Below, piece by piece: positions 49,043 through 62,280 of a DNA stretch of 64,000 nucleotides; position 1 is the first letter of the stretch, and every line of letters begins with the position of its first letter. A model generated the notes under the pieces. It was given only the letters and a program-made list of their open reading frames with translations, was not told the DNA's origin and made no database searches. Location of the stretch: positions 57,848,001 through 57,912,000 of the forward strand of contig CM059432.1 in the NCBI GenBank assembly GCA_030390025.1. The letters run 5' to 3'. The position numbers and the translations under genes were made by a program. Origin of the DNA: Squalus acanthias (lineage: Eukaryota).

Positions 49043-51097
49043 ATTCTTTGGTGAAGTAATGGAGAGGGTGGGTAAGGGTTGATGTGTATATGGACTTTCA
49101 AAAGGTGTTTGACAAAGTACCACACAACAGACTCGTCAGCAAAATTGAAGCTCGTGCAATGAAAGGGGCAGCGGCTGCGTGGATACAAAATTGGCTAAGG
49201 GACAGAAAGCAGAGCATAGTGGTGAATGATTGTTTTTTCAACTGGAGGGAAGTGTGCAGTGGTGTCCCTCAGGGGTTGGTGTTGGGACCACTGCTCTTTT
49301 TGATACATATTAATGACCTGGACATGGCTATACAGGGCATAATTTCAAAGTTTGCATAGGACACAAAACTCAGAAATGTAGTAAACAATGAGGAGGATAG
49401 TAACAGACTTCAGGAGGACATAGACAGACTGGTGAAATGGGCAGACACATGGCAGATGAAATTTAATGCAGAGAAGTGTGAAGTGATTCGTTTTCATAGG
49501 AAGAATGAGAAGAAGCAACATAAACTAAATGGTACAGTCTTAAAGGGGGTGTAGGAACAGAGAGAACTAGGGATGTACGTACACAAGTCTTTGAAGGTAG
49601 CAAGACAAGTTGAGAAGGCTGTTAAAAAGGCATACAGGATCCTTGGCTTTATAAATAGAGGCATAGAGTACAAAAACAAGGAAGTTATGCTAAACCTTTA
49701 TAAAACACTAGTTAGGCCCCAGGAGTATTGTGTTCAATTCTGAGCACCACACTTTAGGAAGGATGTCAAGGCCTTGGAGAGGGTGCAGAGGAGATTTACT
49801 AGAATGGTATACAGGATGAAAGACTTCAGCTACATGGAGAGACTAGAGAAACTGGGGATGTTCTCCCTAGAGCAGAGACGTTTAAGAGGAGATTTCATAG
49901 AGGTGTTTAAAATCATGAAGGGTTTTGATAGAGTAAATAAGGAGAAACTGGAATGCACTGCCTGAATGGGTGGTGGAAGCAGATTCAATAATAATTTTCA
50001 AAAGGGAATTAGATAAATACTTGAAAAGGAAAAATTTGCTGGGCTATGGGGAGAGAGCCAGGGAGTGGGACTAATTGGATAGCTCTTTAAAAGAGCCAGC
50101 ACAGGCACGATGGGCCAAATGGCCTCCTTCTGTGCTGTATCATTCTCTGATCCTGTGATTCTATGAACACTCTTGTGAAGTGCCTTGGGACGTTAAAAGC
50201 ACAATATAAATGCAAGTTGTTGTTGTTGTTGTTGAATTATATTAGCTCAGGTATGTCCAAACTGCAGCACATGGGCCATCTATAGCTCCTCAGCTCTAAG
50301 TCCAGACAACTGAGTTCTTATTTTCTGCTTTGTCCTGTTTGAATTTTATAGGCACAGAGATTTGGAAAGGGCTAGTCTTATGGCTCATGCCCTAACTTAA
50401 TCAGAAAACCAACATCTGTTAGTATCAATAAGTTGAGATACATAAAAATTAATGCAAATTTGGATTGAAACTTTTTTTGTGGCTCCTGAGGTTTTAATAT
50501 AGCCGAACTATGTGGCTTACAAAGACAAATAGCTTGGACACTCTGAATTAGCTTATGTTTGAGCACTTTGAGGACTGCAGTAGAATTTCTGTACCAAAAA
50601 AAATTGAGTGCATGGATCCCCCTGTTACTTCCTTGTGGCCAAAGCAGCAGATGAACAATCTTCTCCCAATGTTGCACCAGTACCACTCTGGATAGTTATT
50701 AGAGAGAGAGCTTGCATTTCTATAGCGCCTTTCACAACCTCAGGATGTCACAAAGTGCTTTGCAGTCAATGAACTACTTTTGAAGTGTAGCCACTTTGTA
50801 ATGTAGGAAATTCATGGGACAGTGATGTGGGGACAATTCTCCCTCTGATTCCACCCCTCCCAGTACTGTGATGTTGTGTCATACAAAAGGTATAGCTCCG
50901 ATTTGAACCCTCCACCATGCCCGACAAGAACATGACAAAAATGATGGAAAACCATTCTCCTTTGTCAAAGCAACAAAGGTTAGTCAAATGCTTCGTTCTG
51001 AAAACAATTCACCTTTATACTTCAAAACCCAGCAGAAGAAATAAAAGCCCAAGACTTTGTTAAACCGTGAAGTGTATGGCTAGGACTTTAAAGTTAC

Positions 51098-51244
51098 CTC
51101 ATCAAAATCTGCAATTATTTCATTCAGCAAACGTAAACATTCTACTCCTTGGTTATTCATCTCAGTTTGAGAATAGAAGTCTGCAAATCCTGGAATTGAG
51201 GCGAACATCACAGCAACAGAGTCATAAGACTGTGAATAAAGTTC
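51098..51244 (-). CDS. ADCY8: Adenylyl cyclase 8 exon (start of C2a catalytic domain)
   Basis: cag|[49 protein letters not shown]|gtaact; 147 nt. Confidence 0.95.
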
Positions 51245-51837
51245 CTGATGAGAAAAGAAAAATAACAGTAATAAAGTACTAATGAGCAATCATCAACTTG
51301 TCAGAGTTACAGTTTACTTCTGATAATTCAAAGTTGTTATGTGTTAAAAAATTGAATTAGCCAATAATTTGACAGTCAGTCTGCTCAGTACAAATAGCAC
51401 AAAGTATCAGCCTCGACCCCAGAACTCCCAGTTTTGTCCTGTTGTCTTATGTCGTAGCTAAAATTTAATTTCCCTTGGTCAATTTGCATGGAAGTGAGGT
51501 GGCAACATCAGAGGTAGAAAGGTCTCCATTACTGATATCTGCAGAGTGCCCATGTGGAAATCTTTCCATACATTCACAAACATTACAGATATTTATATAT
51601 TGCCCCAGGTAGATTTTGACAAGTATCTTTCCATGCTGTGACAGTGTGGAAGTACTCAACTGATTTCAATCTCCTTCGATATATCCTCTACAGTAAAGAA
51701 TGAGCATTATAGAATCACAGAATTAGTGATGAGAGAATGTCTGGAAACGAACCATTCTTACTTGGCAAAAGTATTTTCCAGATTCCTCTTCGCTGATCTT
51801 AATCAACCCCATCCTCTTTCCATATCAAAGATCCACA

Positions 51838-52396
51838 GGGGGAGTTTTTAACTTCCGGGCAGCTGGCTGGTCACCCGAAAGCTGCAGTGAGAATCCCTTT
51901 CGAGGGCCGGGGGTCATTAACATCCATACAGTGAGCTGCACACCCTCAACTGGCATCCCTCTGCAGCTTGCCGGCTCTGGACCAGCCCAGAGGCTGACCC
52001 AGCCACTAGAATCATAGATCCGAGAGGGAGTGTCAGCGGAGGCCAGGGGTGGCAACTGCCCACATTATTCTTGTGGAGCATTCATGCTCCTCCTGGCCAC
52101 ACAGAAATAATTTGACCTCTTTGGACCGCTTCTTCTTTCCCACCAGGTTTTACTGAGCAGAGTGTCCACGGCAGATGCTCTGCCCAGTAGGCTGTTAAAA
52201 GGCATCCGTGTCCTATATATGTTATTGGATCTCAATTTGTATGCGCTCCCACCTGATTCAGGTGGGCGCCTCGGCCACCCATGAAAACACCGGAAGTAAT
52301 ATGGCGGCCTATGGGAAGCGAGGCAGTAAGGCCATTGCTACGATTTTAACTCTATCGCACGGATTCCGCCGGGTGGAGGGAGTTAAAATCGCTCCT
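51838..52396. mobile_element. Harbinger-type MITE
   Basis: aca|GGGGGAGTTTTTAACT...AGTTAAAATCGCTCCT|aca with a 3-bp TSD. Confidence 0.75.
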
Positions 52397-52629
52397 ACAA
52401 AGTTTACTCTAGAAAGTTAATGCCTTGTTGATATTGCTGATATTGGAATTATAAAGAATTCTCATATTTACTGTTTGGAAGTGTTCATAATTGCCAAGTG
52501 TGTTGGCTGTGGAGATATTTATAACCAATAATTTTCCATTGGTTATAAATAGGCTGATGAATACAGAAGTGGAAAACCCTGGCTATAGATTCGATTAGTT
52601 TTAAATTTAATGTAATTTAATTAACTTAC

Positions 52630-52788
52630 ATCATTGTCTCTATCCTTTTCCAAGAAATGGCGTGCAACATGACTTGGTAGAATATTCCGAAGCATATTTT
52701 CATTATGTTCTCGTAGCTCCTTCATTTCATTAACTTCCTCTTTTGCCTGAACACGCCAAAGGAAGTCCAGTCTGGCAGTGTATTCCAG
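52630..52788 (-). CDS. ADCY8: Adenylyl cyclase 8 exon (helical linker to C2a); absent from the ORF track
   Basis: tttag|[53 protein letters not shown]|gtaagt; 159 nt, phase 0/0. Confidence 0.95.
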
Positions 52789-53619
52789 CTAAACAGTTGT
52801 GTTTTAAAAAAAAGTAAGTTCTTTTCATGTAGGTTTTATTAAAAAATTCAAAATTTTCCTTACGCTTCATCAAACTCAATTTATACATTTTTCTTTTTAC
52901 AGATTCTGTCCTTCAACCCCATGATAACATGCAAAGTGGGCAAAATGCCATCTTGTTCCTTTCCCGTCTTTTTATATTGCCCAAACCAATGTTCTGCAAA
53001 TTTATCAAGATGATGGTTATAAAGTAGAATTGTAGAAATGTACACCACTAAAGAATTACAAATATAGTATCTCTCGAAAAGAACTGATTGAACGCAAATA
53101 TTTTTCATTATAGGTACCCCAGCTCTTTATTATTTGGGACATATGTCTCCCTTTCTCTACTTCCTCTCTCAAAATATACATTTTCTTCCTGTTAGAAGGA
53201 GGATAAATATGTCAAGCATTTTTTTTGCAAAGAAACTCAAATCTTTTCTTAGGAGATGAAAAGAAATTCTTCCTTTCATTTACAAATGGGTAAACAGTTT
53301 AAGTAATACGTGCCTGGATATCATTGCATCCTATTCACAGCCCACATGATTTTCCAGCTATTGCTATTGCTATTAATGGATATAAAATCATGCAGGCTGT
53401 GAATCAGGTACACTGTCCTTCATGTCTGAAATTCTGAAAATTGGTCTTGACATACTAAATCGTAAAATTTATCCCATGATTCCATGGGTCATAATGGGCC
53501 TCCTCTACCTCAAGTGGCCATTCTTAATGTGTGAGCCTGAACAGTAAGCATGGCAGGAGACTATGCAACCGTGAAAGCCACCTCAACCAAGCCTGATCCT
53601 TTTGTCCAACACAACACAA

Positions 53620-55390
53620 AAGCAAAATACTGCGGATGCTGGAAATCTGAAATAAAAACAGAAAATGTTGGAAATACACAGGTCAGACAGCATCTGTGGG
53701 GAGAGAAAACAGTGTTAATGTTTCAGGTCGATCGACCTGAAACATTGGGGGGAATTTTTCGGGGGGTCAGCGGGCGCATTTGGTGGCAGGTCGGGTGGGA
53801 AAATTTAATTTTGACAGCGGGTACGGAACCCGCTGTCAACCCGCCTCCACGCTAGTCTCCCAGATGTTGGGTCTGTCATCGCTGAACAGACCCGACACCA
53901 AGCAGCAGGGGAGGCAATTTAGATTATTAAGAGCTTGTTAACAGGTACTTCAAAACTATTTTAAGCTCACCTTTAGATTTTAAGAGTTCGCCCACGGCTT
54001 CCCCACTGCTCGGGGATCATGTCAGGTAAGGAGGTCGGGAGTTGTGTCAGCATGGGATGATTTCTTAACTTGACAGCTGTAAATGTTCTATAAAAGCTCC
54101 CATTTTAGAGCTGTTCACTTTCCAAGGTTAGAAGCTGTTGCTTACTGCATTTGGAAGACAGATTGAGCTTTATGCCGCTTGCAAGTGTTTGGAGCAAACT
54201 CTGTATCCAGTGTCACCTCATTGGAACAACCTCTCTCACCATTGACACATTGCTTCTGTCATCTCAACTTCACCTGCCATCTATTCCATCAGCATCGGTA
54301 CCCTTGAAACTAACACCCTGGCTGCCACATGATGCGCCAGGTTGGCACCACCCCACACCAACACCATAAAGCATCCCTACAATGCCCAAGCCATTCCTTT
54401 CAAACTCATCGCCATTGCAGGGGGTACCATTATGTCTCACCATTCACTGCAACTCACTAAGCCACTTCCAAAGGTGCACACAAATCTGTCCAACGCAAAG
54501 TGTTGAAAATAAAGATTTCAATGTTTGACAGCACATTAACTGAAACTTCACATGAACATTGGCTAAAACACCCAAGTGCCTAGCTTTGTGTGTTGTTAGT
54601 TGGTATGATTGCACTAGGATGAGGGTGAGTGTGAGGAGTGGCTAGTGAGATGGGGAAGTGATAATGTAGATAGAGAGGGATGGGTGGAGGTGCAAGGTAA
54701 GTTGGCGTGAGTAAGGTTGTGCAGGAGTAGGATAGGGAAGGCAGAGTGATGGGGTGTGATGAGCGGCACAGCAGGATGAGGTTGAGTGTGGCTTTGCAGT
54801 AACGCTTCGTGATCTGCTGAGATCATTGAAAGATTTGCACTATTGAGCCTGGTCCTCCTAATGACATCCCTGCTTGTGCCCTCCTGTGCAATGTGCAACC
54901 AGGCTGCGTTGATCTCCTGGGGAGGTCTCTTTCGCCCATTGGAAGGGAAGAGAACCTTCCTGCGTGCTGTGACTCCCTCCATAAGCATATGGAGGGAGTC
55001 ATGGGAGAGCCTGGGTGCAGCCCTGCACCTCTGTGCAGTGCTTGTCAGTGTTTGCAGCACCTCAATGCTGTAGAACACTGACAGCACAACTGTCAAAATC
55101 AATTTGCGCATGGTCCCTTTAAGGAAACCAGCTGATGACGCGTCATCAAATGACATCATCAGACCCGCTTCCTTTAATTGGCCGGGATACGCGCTGGGCG
55201 GGCTTACCAAGCCCAATCAGCATAAAATCATTTCACAGAGTGGGCTGGAGCCAGCAGCGGGGTCGCACCCCGCCACCGGCCACATCGGACCCGCCGAGGT
55301 AGGCGAAATTGCGGCCGTTAACTTTGTTTCTTGCCCCACAGATGCTGCTTGACCTGTGGAGTATTTCCAGCATTTTCTGTTTTTATTTCT
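53620..55390. repeat. Fold-back pair of Penelope-like terminal fragments, interrupted by a Harbinger
   Basis: The arm from 53620 to the centre (TTTCAGGTCGATCGACCTGAAA) is mirrored by 53733-53746 plus 55317-55390. Confidence 0.75.
53747..55316. mobile_element. Non-autonomous Harbinger deletion derivative, sister of 46868-48644
   Basis: Long colinear similarity with 46868-48644; Myb exon 1 (APRLSHDSLHMLMEGV..); flanks att/gtt. Confidence 0.85.
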
Positions 55391-57068
55391 GATCCTTTTC
55401 TCACCTGACATAACAGAATGCTCTACCAGCAGGAAATGCTGGATAGTTATCATAAGTCAAAAACTGGCCTGATGACACTGAAGTCAATTGGAGCATTCCA
55501 CCAATGGCCCTAATGTAATCCTTTTACAAATGACATAAGCCCTCTTTAGTTTATTGTAAAAACCATAACGAACACAAGAAATAGTGAAGAATGCTGAGCA
55601 TAGACACAGATATATACACAAGTATATAGACAGAAACACACAAACAGCAATACACACATATACACAAGGGATGTACAAATGGTAAAACAGACACAGGACT
55701 TTAGCACCAACTGATAATTGTACTTTCACTGCTGTCAAATTCTTTTTCTGCTACATATGTGTCATAGTTGCTATTTATAAATTTTCTGCCTGCTTTGTAC
55801 ACCACACTCTGAATCTTGTAGTTCTACTTGAAAGGTGAAGATTACAACTCCCATGAAGCAGATTTCTTGTGCATACCCCCAGGCACACTCTAGCTACGGT
55901 ACTTCCACAGGATCAGGGTGAAACTGTGAACTATGATACATTGTGTGTGCACACACACTCACTCACACACACAGAATTTGTCAACAGCAACCAACTGGAA
56001 ATTCCCAGAACTCAAGTCGCAGGTTTTATTCAGAGGGCATACTTATGAGAGGGAAACAACGTGCAAAAATTTCTAATGTCACCTAACCGATGTGAGTTTA
56101 ATGATTTTTTTTCACTCGAGGTTGGGCAACCCGGAAGAACAGTTTCCCAAATCGGCAGGACCTAATTAACATTTTTTTGTCTCCGTTTCCCAGCCGCAGC
56201 CAACCAGATTGAGAGGGGTGGCTGGCTGTCGGCAGGTAAGCCTTCGGCACCAGGCTGCAGCCAGGGAGTGGAGAGAAGCGAGGGAGGGATCGGAGGCCTC
56301 AGGAGGGAGATCAGAAGGGTCGGTGGTGGAGGAGATCGGAGGCCTCGGGGAAGGGGAGGGGGGGGAGATCGGAAGGGCCTCGGGGGTGGGGGGGTGGGGC
56401 AGAGAGGAAGGGGTGTCCGATTACGACGGGGTGGGTGAAGCAGGTAATATAGATCCAGCAGGTAAGTGGAAAGGCACTTACCTCCCGGATCCAGCAGTCC
56501 ATGCCTCCCTTTAGCCAATGGGAAACCCGGGTGGCCAGGTTTAAATTTAAAATGGTGGTTAATTCTGAGGCATGCAGCCTCATTATAACATTTAAATGAC
56601 CAACCCACCTCCTGTGAGCAGGTTCGTTGCCTGCCCCCATCCGCCTCTATTAAAACCGGAAGTGGGCAGGTTGGAGGCGGTTTGGGGTCGGGTTTCAGAT
56701 TTTTTTACATTTTTACATGCCACCCAACCCAAACCCATCTGTTTTTGGGGGTTAAAATTCTCCCCATAGTGTATGTGACAGCAGACTGCTCTACTCTGAG
56801 GTTGGTGGTGGGAGCCAGGAGCCTGTGCCTCCCTCCTACCCACAGAAGTCACCTTTGGCCTGATCACAAAGAAGCACTGACATTGTGGAAACTATAGCCT
56901 GTCTATGGAGGAAATGCGTTAGTGGTTGGGTAAACTATAAAGAAAAAGAAATAGATAAAGAATAAAATAAATGATTAAGTTAATTACACAATTCTTTTGC
57001 TGATTATGTATTTATAAATGAATTCATTATAATTTCACAGTTAGTGAACCTTTAAAGCTTGTCATTAC

Positions 57069-57147
57069 CTGTTGTCCATGATAAAACACAGCCAAAAGAA
57101 ACATTGCCATGAGCAGCAGGGAAGTCTCCTTCGTGCCTAGGAAGTCT
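57069..57147 (-). CDS. ADCY8: Adenylyl cyclase 8 exon (last transmembrane helix)
   Basis: tagcag|A+[26 protein letters not shown]|gtaatg; 79 nt; completes the phase-2 codon GAA (E). Confidence 0.93.
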
Positions 57148-58134
57148 CTGCTACAAACGAACAAATTGGAGCACTCGTTAATATTATATGCATCACTCTG
57201 CAGGGATCTTAGAGTTACAGTTGCTGTCTTTGTAGCCATGGTTATACCTGATACATTTTGGCTAAATAAATTAACAACGTAAATGCAGATTACAGTAAAA
57301 GAAATCAGGAAAGACAAACCTTTAAGAATCAAGTCTGAGGCAGTTCCTCCGGCTCCTGCCATAACTCCATGGGAGGCTGGCAGGAAAGTGGAGGATATCC
57401 ATTTGCTTGCCATGTAAAGGTCACAACCTCCACTTGCCCCTTACAAGGCAAATGTCGTCAGGAGGAAGGAGCCAGGGGAAGGAGTTAACTATGCCGTGAG
57501 TTCATGCTCCAGTGGCTCAGTCAAGACCTGGCATATCTGTGGAGGCCGGTACGTCCATTAAGGTGTAGCATGGGCCCCACCGGTGGGGACCAGACCAGGG
57601 AAACATAACTACCTGGATCGTGATACGAGGAATTTCGGCCCCTATTTCTTTAGAACCTATTCTAATTTCCAATCTGCTAATCCATTATCACGCAAAAAAT
57701 CTTGAAGGATGATTTTTGAATTCCACCGCACCACCTGCTCGAAGCCGACGTCAGGAGGCCTGAACCATTTTTGGGTTTGTGCACACACCCCACCAATTTT
57801 ACCTGAAAATTGCTAATGAGGTCCTACAACCGGCGAAGGACCCCGATTTGTATACTTAAGCAATTTCCCACTGGAAACAGGCTGGCGGGCAGCCTGCTTG
57901 CCCATTTCCAAGCTCACCTGACAGTTGTAATCAACTGTTATTCCTTAGAAGCATATAGAATTAGAAGACAGTTGCTTCCTCTGTTTACATGTTATATCAT
58001 TTAAAATATATTTTGTAGGGTCCCTAAAAACTCTGATTTTGTAACCACAGAACTTGTTTCCTGCAGAAACTTTTGCAACAGATATGGCAAATTCTAGATC
58101 TTTAAAAAAAATCATGAATGTCTCTGCTGGGCTG

Positions 58135-58262
58135 TCTTGATGGCTCAGTGGGTAAATACATCATGGGCTGTGGTACTGAACCACACAGTCCTTGAAGGCC
58201 CCAGATTTTATCCCTGTTCTGTGCTGAGTTACCTCATCTAGCTGGAGCAGGAATATTACAGT
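58135..58262 (+). repeat. Old tRNA-headed SINE fragment (related inverted copy at about 26500-26870)
   Basis: TGGCTCAGTGGG A-box followed by ..tccctgttctgtgctgagtta; degraded, family name uncertain. Confidence 0.45.
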
Positions 58263-58691
58263 TGGTCTTTTTTCTTTGAATTTTCTTCTTTATTTCTGTG
58301 TTATTTTTTGCAAGATTCTCTCTTTCTGTAATTTTATTTCCTTCTTCACACCTAGCCTGATACCTGTGTAACTGAGAGGGTGGTTGTTCAGCTCACTCCC
58401 AGGCTGCTACCAGTGCCCCCTGCAGCTGAGCGCTAGGAGGTACCAGACTGCTCACATACGATTACCCCCTCCAAATTCCCCTACACCCTGCTGGGACATG
58501 TTATGGACACTGCTTGGGCATTTGCCATGCATTGAAGCTCAGACTATGAACTGAGGGGAGTGGGATTTGAACCATGTCCATTCCTGCTTCTGGGCACTGA
58601 GCATTACCATGCTAAAGCTAAATACTACGATGCAAGTACAAGTCCAAGTAATGTAATTAGTACTGAGTGAGGTAGAACATTAAACACTTAC

Positions 58692-58864
58692 TCTCCATTG
58701 TGATGGAAGTTGTCGTATCTAACAAAGAGCGAGCTGTAGATGGTTTCAGTCAGCAGTGAGTAAACTGCTATCATTATCAGCAGCACAGCAAGTTTCAAGA
58801 CGGAATTCAGACGGAGAAACACTGCACAAGTCACCATCGCTAGCACCCCAGTAAACACAAAATA
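58692..58864 (-). CDS. ADCY8: Adenylyl cyclase 8 exon (second transmembrane cluster)
   Basis: cag|[57 protein letters not shown]+GA|gtaagt; 173 nt, ends in phase 2. Confidence 0.93.
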
Positions 58865-60034
58865 CTGAACAGATAAAACACAAGGGTTAGGTTTGAGCTT
58901 CAACTCCATAATGGGCAGAGTTTCAGATATTCTGTCAATTTATTACAAGAGTTTTAATGACCTAGTTACTCTGGTAACTGCCTATTTTTCTTTAGTTCTT
59001 CTCTCCTTTCTTTTAGGTCTCCCAACATGATATAGCATTCCCTGTCTATGAGAGCCGACATGTCACCTTGCCCACTGCCATGGCCATGTATCTCAACTTT
59101 ATGAGCTGCATAAATTACCCTGGATGCCTCAGTGTAATTTGCTCTCATTCCTGTGGGTATGTACCCAATCTCATTTCTTGCTCCCTAACTGTACCACTGA
59201 GATAATGGAGTGGCTGTATGAGGAATCATAGCATCAGTATGTGTTTTCCATGACTCAGAACATTGCTACACCAATGCATTATGCACCAGGCTGCCAGTCG
59301 TGTAGTGCAAATTGTAAATAATCAAAATCAGCTTCCTGTTTAATTCCAGTGCAATAATTCTTTAGCAGTCTCAAAGTGAGCATGTAAAATCCTGTTTGAA
59401 ACCTCATATAATGAAAATAAAATCAGTGCGGCTGGGACAGCATGTTCTGTAGGTTTGAGATACCTGTGTCTCGGGCACACTGAGCAGAACACCTGAAAAT
59501 AGTTCACATTTGTTTACAGGATGTGTTGAGTTTTCCTTACTAAATCGGAAGGTCTTTTTCCTTCCCTTAGAGCTTTAAAAACAATTACAATACATGAGAG
59601 AGGCGCAACAGAAACACAGAACACTAAAAGAAATACCTTGCATTTGTAGAAAGAAAAGAAAGAATTTGCATTTATATAGCATCTTTCATGACCTCAGGGC
59701 GTCCCAAAGCACTTTACAGCCAATGAAGCACTTTTGAAGTGCAGTCACTGCTGTAATATAGCAACTTATCATACTCTCAGGTTGCTTAAAAGCATTTCAC
59801 ACCTTTTTGTCTTGGCTGCTCTTGGGCCCTTCTCTCCTCTCTCTTCCCCTCCCTGTCACCAGACTATGTCATCTTTCATTTCTTCTCTCTCGGTTACTTT
59901 GACTCCCCCTCCCCCACCAATCCCAACCCATCATCCCAACTCCTCTGTCTTCCTACTCTCCCGCCACTGTCCCAGGCTTGAATTCCCTTGAATAATGCTA
60001 CAGTCTCCATCTGTACCTCTTTCAACATTCTCTG

Positions 60035-60686
60035 AAAATGGTATGTTGGCCTTCGTAGCGAGAGGGTTTGAGTACAGGAACAAGGATGTCTTGCTGCAGC
60101 TGTACAGGGCCTTGGTGAGACCACACCTTGAGTATTGTGTGCAGTTTTGGTCGCCTTATCTGAGGAAGGATGTTCTTGCCATGGAGGGTGTGCAGCGAAG
60201 ATTCACCAGACTGATACCTGGGATGGCAGGAATGATGTACGAGGAGAGATTGGGTCGATTGGGCTTATACTCGATGGAGTTTAGAAGAATGAGAGGAGAT
60301 CTCATTGAAACTTAAAAATTCTAAAAAGGGCTAGACAGACTGGATGCAGGAAGGATGTTCCCGATGGCCGGTGAGTCCAGAACAAGAGGTCACAGTCTAA
60401 AGATAAGGGGTAAGCCATTTAGGACAGAGATGAGGAGGAATTTCTTCACCCAGAGAGTGGTGAACCTGTGGAATTCTCTACCACAGAAGGCAGTTGAGGC
60501 CAAGTCAGTAAATATATTCAAGAAGGAGTTAGATATATTTCTTAAAGCTAAAGGTATCAAGGGATATGGGGAGAAGGCAGGGACAGGGTACTGAGTTTGG
60601 ATGATCAGCCATGATTTCATCAAATGGCGGAGCAGGCTCGAGGGGCCGAATGGCCTACTCCTTCTCCTATCTTCTATGTTTCTATG
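60035..60686 (+). mobile_element. Young CR1 3' fragment, followed by old L2-like remnants (about 60690-62270)
   Basis: [37 protein letters not shown]. Downstream IIGYFNLH is an APE-like remnant. Confidence 0.9.
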
Positions 60687-61571
60687 AAGGGCCTATCGAA
60701 ACACCAGTTCATGCTCCCTTACGAGCAGTAACCCCAACTGTCCCATCCTCCTCTCTTGCTTACCCTCCTGCCAACTATACCCAGTGGGGTTAACCTTACA
60801 ACCTCCTTCCCATTCCGCTCACCCAATCCACCACTTCCCCTTGAACTCTGCCAGTGGATCAACAATCACCGCACCTCATGAATCCAGGACCTGAATTGCA
60901 TTAACATCCTGGCTTTGACTTAAACTTGGCTTTCAACACTTTCCACCACCATTCTCATCTAAATAACTGGTGGTGTGAAACTTATAAGCAAGTCACTCCT
61001 TGGTCTCTGCCACACTCCTCTAGTACCTTCTCCTCCTTTGAACATTTCATGCTGATCTACCCCTCATACTTCTCCTTTAAAATCTTCATTGTCCAACGCC
61101 TCACCAAGCCTCACCACAGGTTACTCCTTGAGGTATCCTCCCTCTTTTAGCTTCTGCACTGAGTGGCTCTTCATCATTGGTTATTTCAATCTCCATCTCA
61201 GTAACCCCTACCCGCTCTTTGAACTTACTGTGCTTGTATTCTCTCTAAACCTTTCCCTCCACATAAACTCTCCTACCCATATTCTGGCCTTACCATCTCC
61301 CATGGTCCCTCTACTTCCATGGCCTCCTGCCTCCTGTGGTTTCAATGAGTAACAAGGCCATCTCCAACCCACATCCCCCTAGCCTGTTCTAACCCCACTT
61401 GCTTCTGGCTCCATCCCTGGAAAAAGCTATCTCCCAAGTCGCTTACAGCTACTCCTTCAAACTGTTTATTGCCTAGCCTTTGGTCCTCCATTCGCCATGA
61501 TACCTCTGCAGCTGTTGATTTTCTCAACTTCTCCCTCACCTTCGCCTTTGATGCCCTTGTTCCCAGCAAAA

Positions 61572-61950
61572 CTTGAGCACATAATCTAGACTGACACTTC
61601 AATACAGTACTGATTGAGTTCTGCACTTTCAGAGGTGCTGTATTTTAGATGAGATGTCAAACTGTGGCCCTATTTGTCTGCTCAAGTGGACATAAAAGAT
61701 CCCATGGCAATATTCAAAGAATAGGAAAGTTCCCAAACTATTATCTGGCCAACATTTATCCCTCAAACAATAACATTAAAATAGGTTATCTGCTCATCTA
61801 TCTCATTGCGGTTTGTGGGACCATGCTGTGCATAAATTGACTGCTGCAGAACAACATTGACAATACTTCAAATGTAATTAATTGCCTGTGAAGTGCTTTG
61901 GGATGTCCCGAGAACATGAAAAGCACTATATAAATGCAAGTTCCTTCTTT
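61572..61950 (+). mobile_element. DeuSINE copy lacking its head
   Basis: Colinear with the reverse complement of 17556-17935. Confidence 0.75.
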
Positions 61951-62280
61951 CTTAAAACTTCTACTCTCTCTGATTCTTGTCATTCCCGGTCTCTAAAGTC
62001 CAAGGGGTGCAAGCTTGAGTATATCTGGCACACAACAGGCTTAGCCATCCATCGCTAAATCTAGCTGGACAACATCAAGAGCTACCAGGCTTCATTCTGC
62101 TCTGCCAAAAAACACCCTATACTCTAGGATCATCCTGGAGAGCAAAGATAACCTCTAGTTTCTTTTCTCCATTATCAATTAAGTCTGTAACTTTCTCCAG
62201 CTCTGAACTTTCTGTTCCTCTGACTATAGCCTCTTTTACACCGCCTCTTCCCTTCATTCCACCATGTCTTCAGATATTTA

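Larger units (their letters stand above)
46672..50165 (+). mobile_element. CR1-type LINE interrupted by a SINE that contains a Harbinger derivative
   Basis: The NYRPISLTSVVGK region at about 46700 resumes at about 49043 (YMDFQKVFDKV, GVPQGLVLGP); tail near 50150. Confidence 0.88.

Noticed and set aside
58966..59148. Possible further upstream ADCY8 exon
   Set aside because: The translation does not resemble AC8. The preceding exon probably lies beyond the window.
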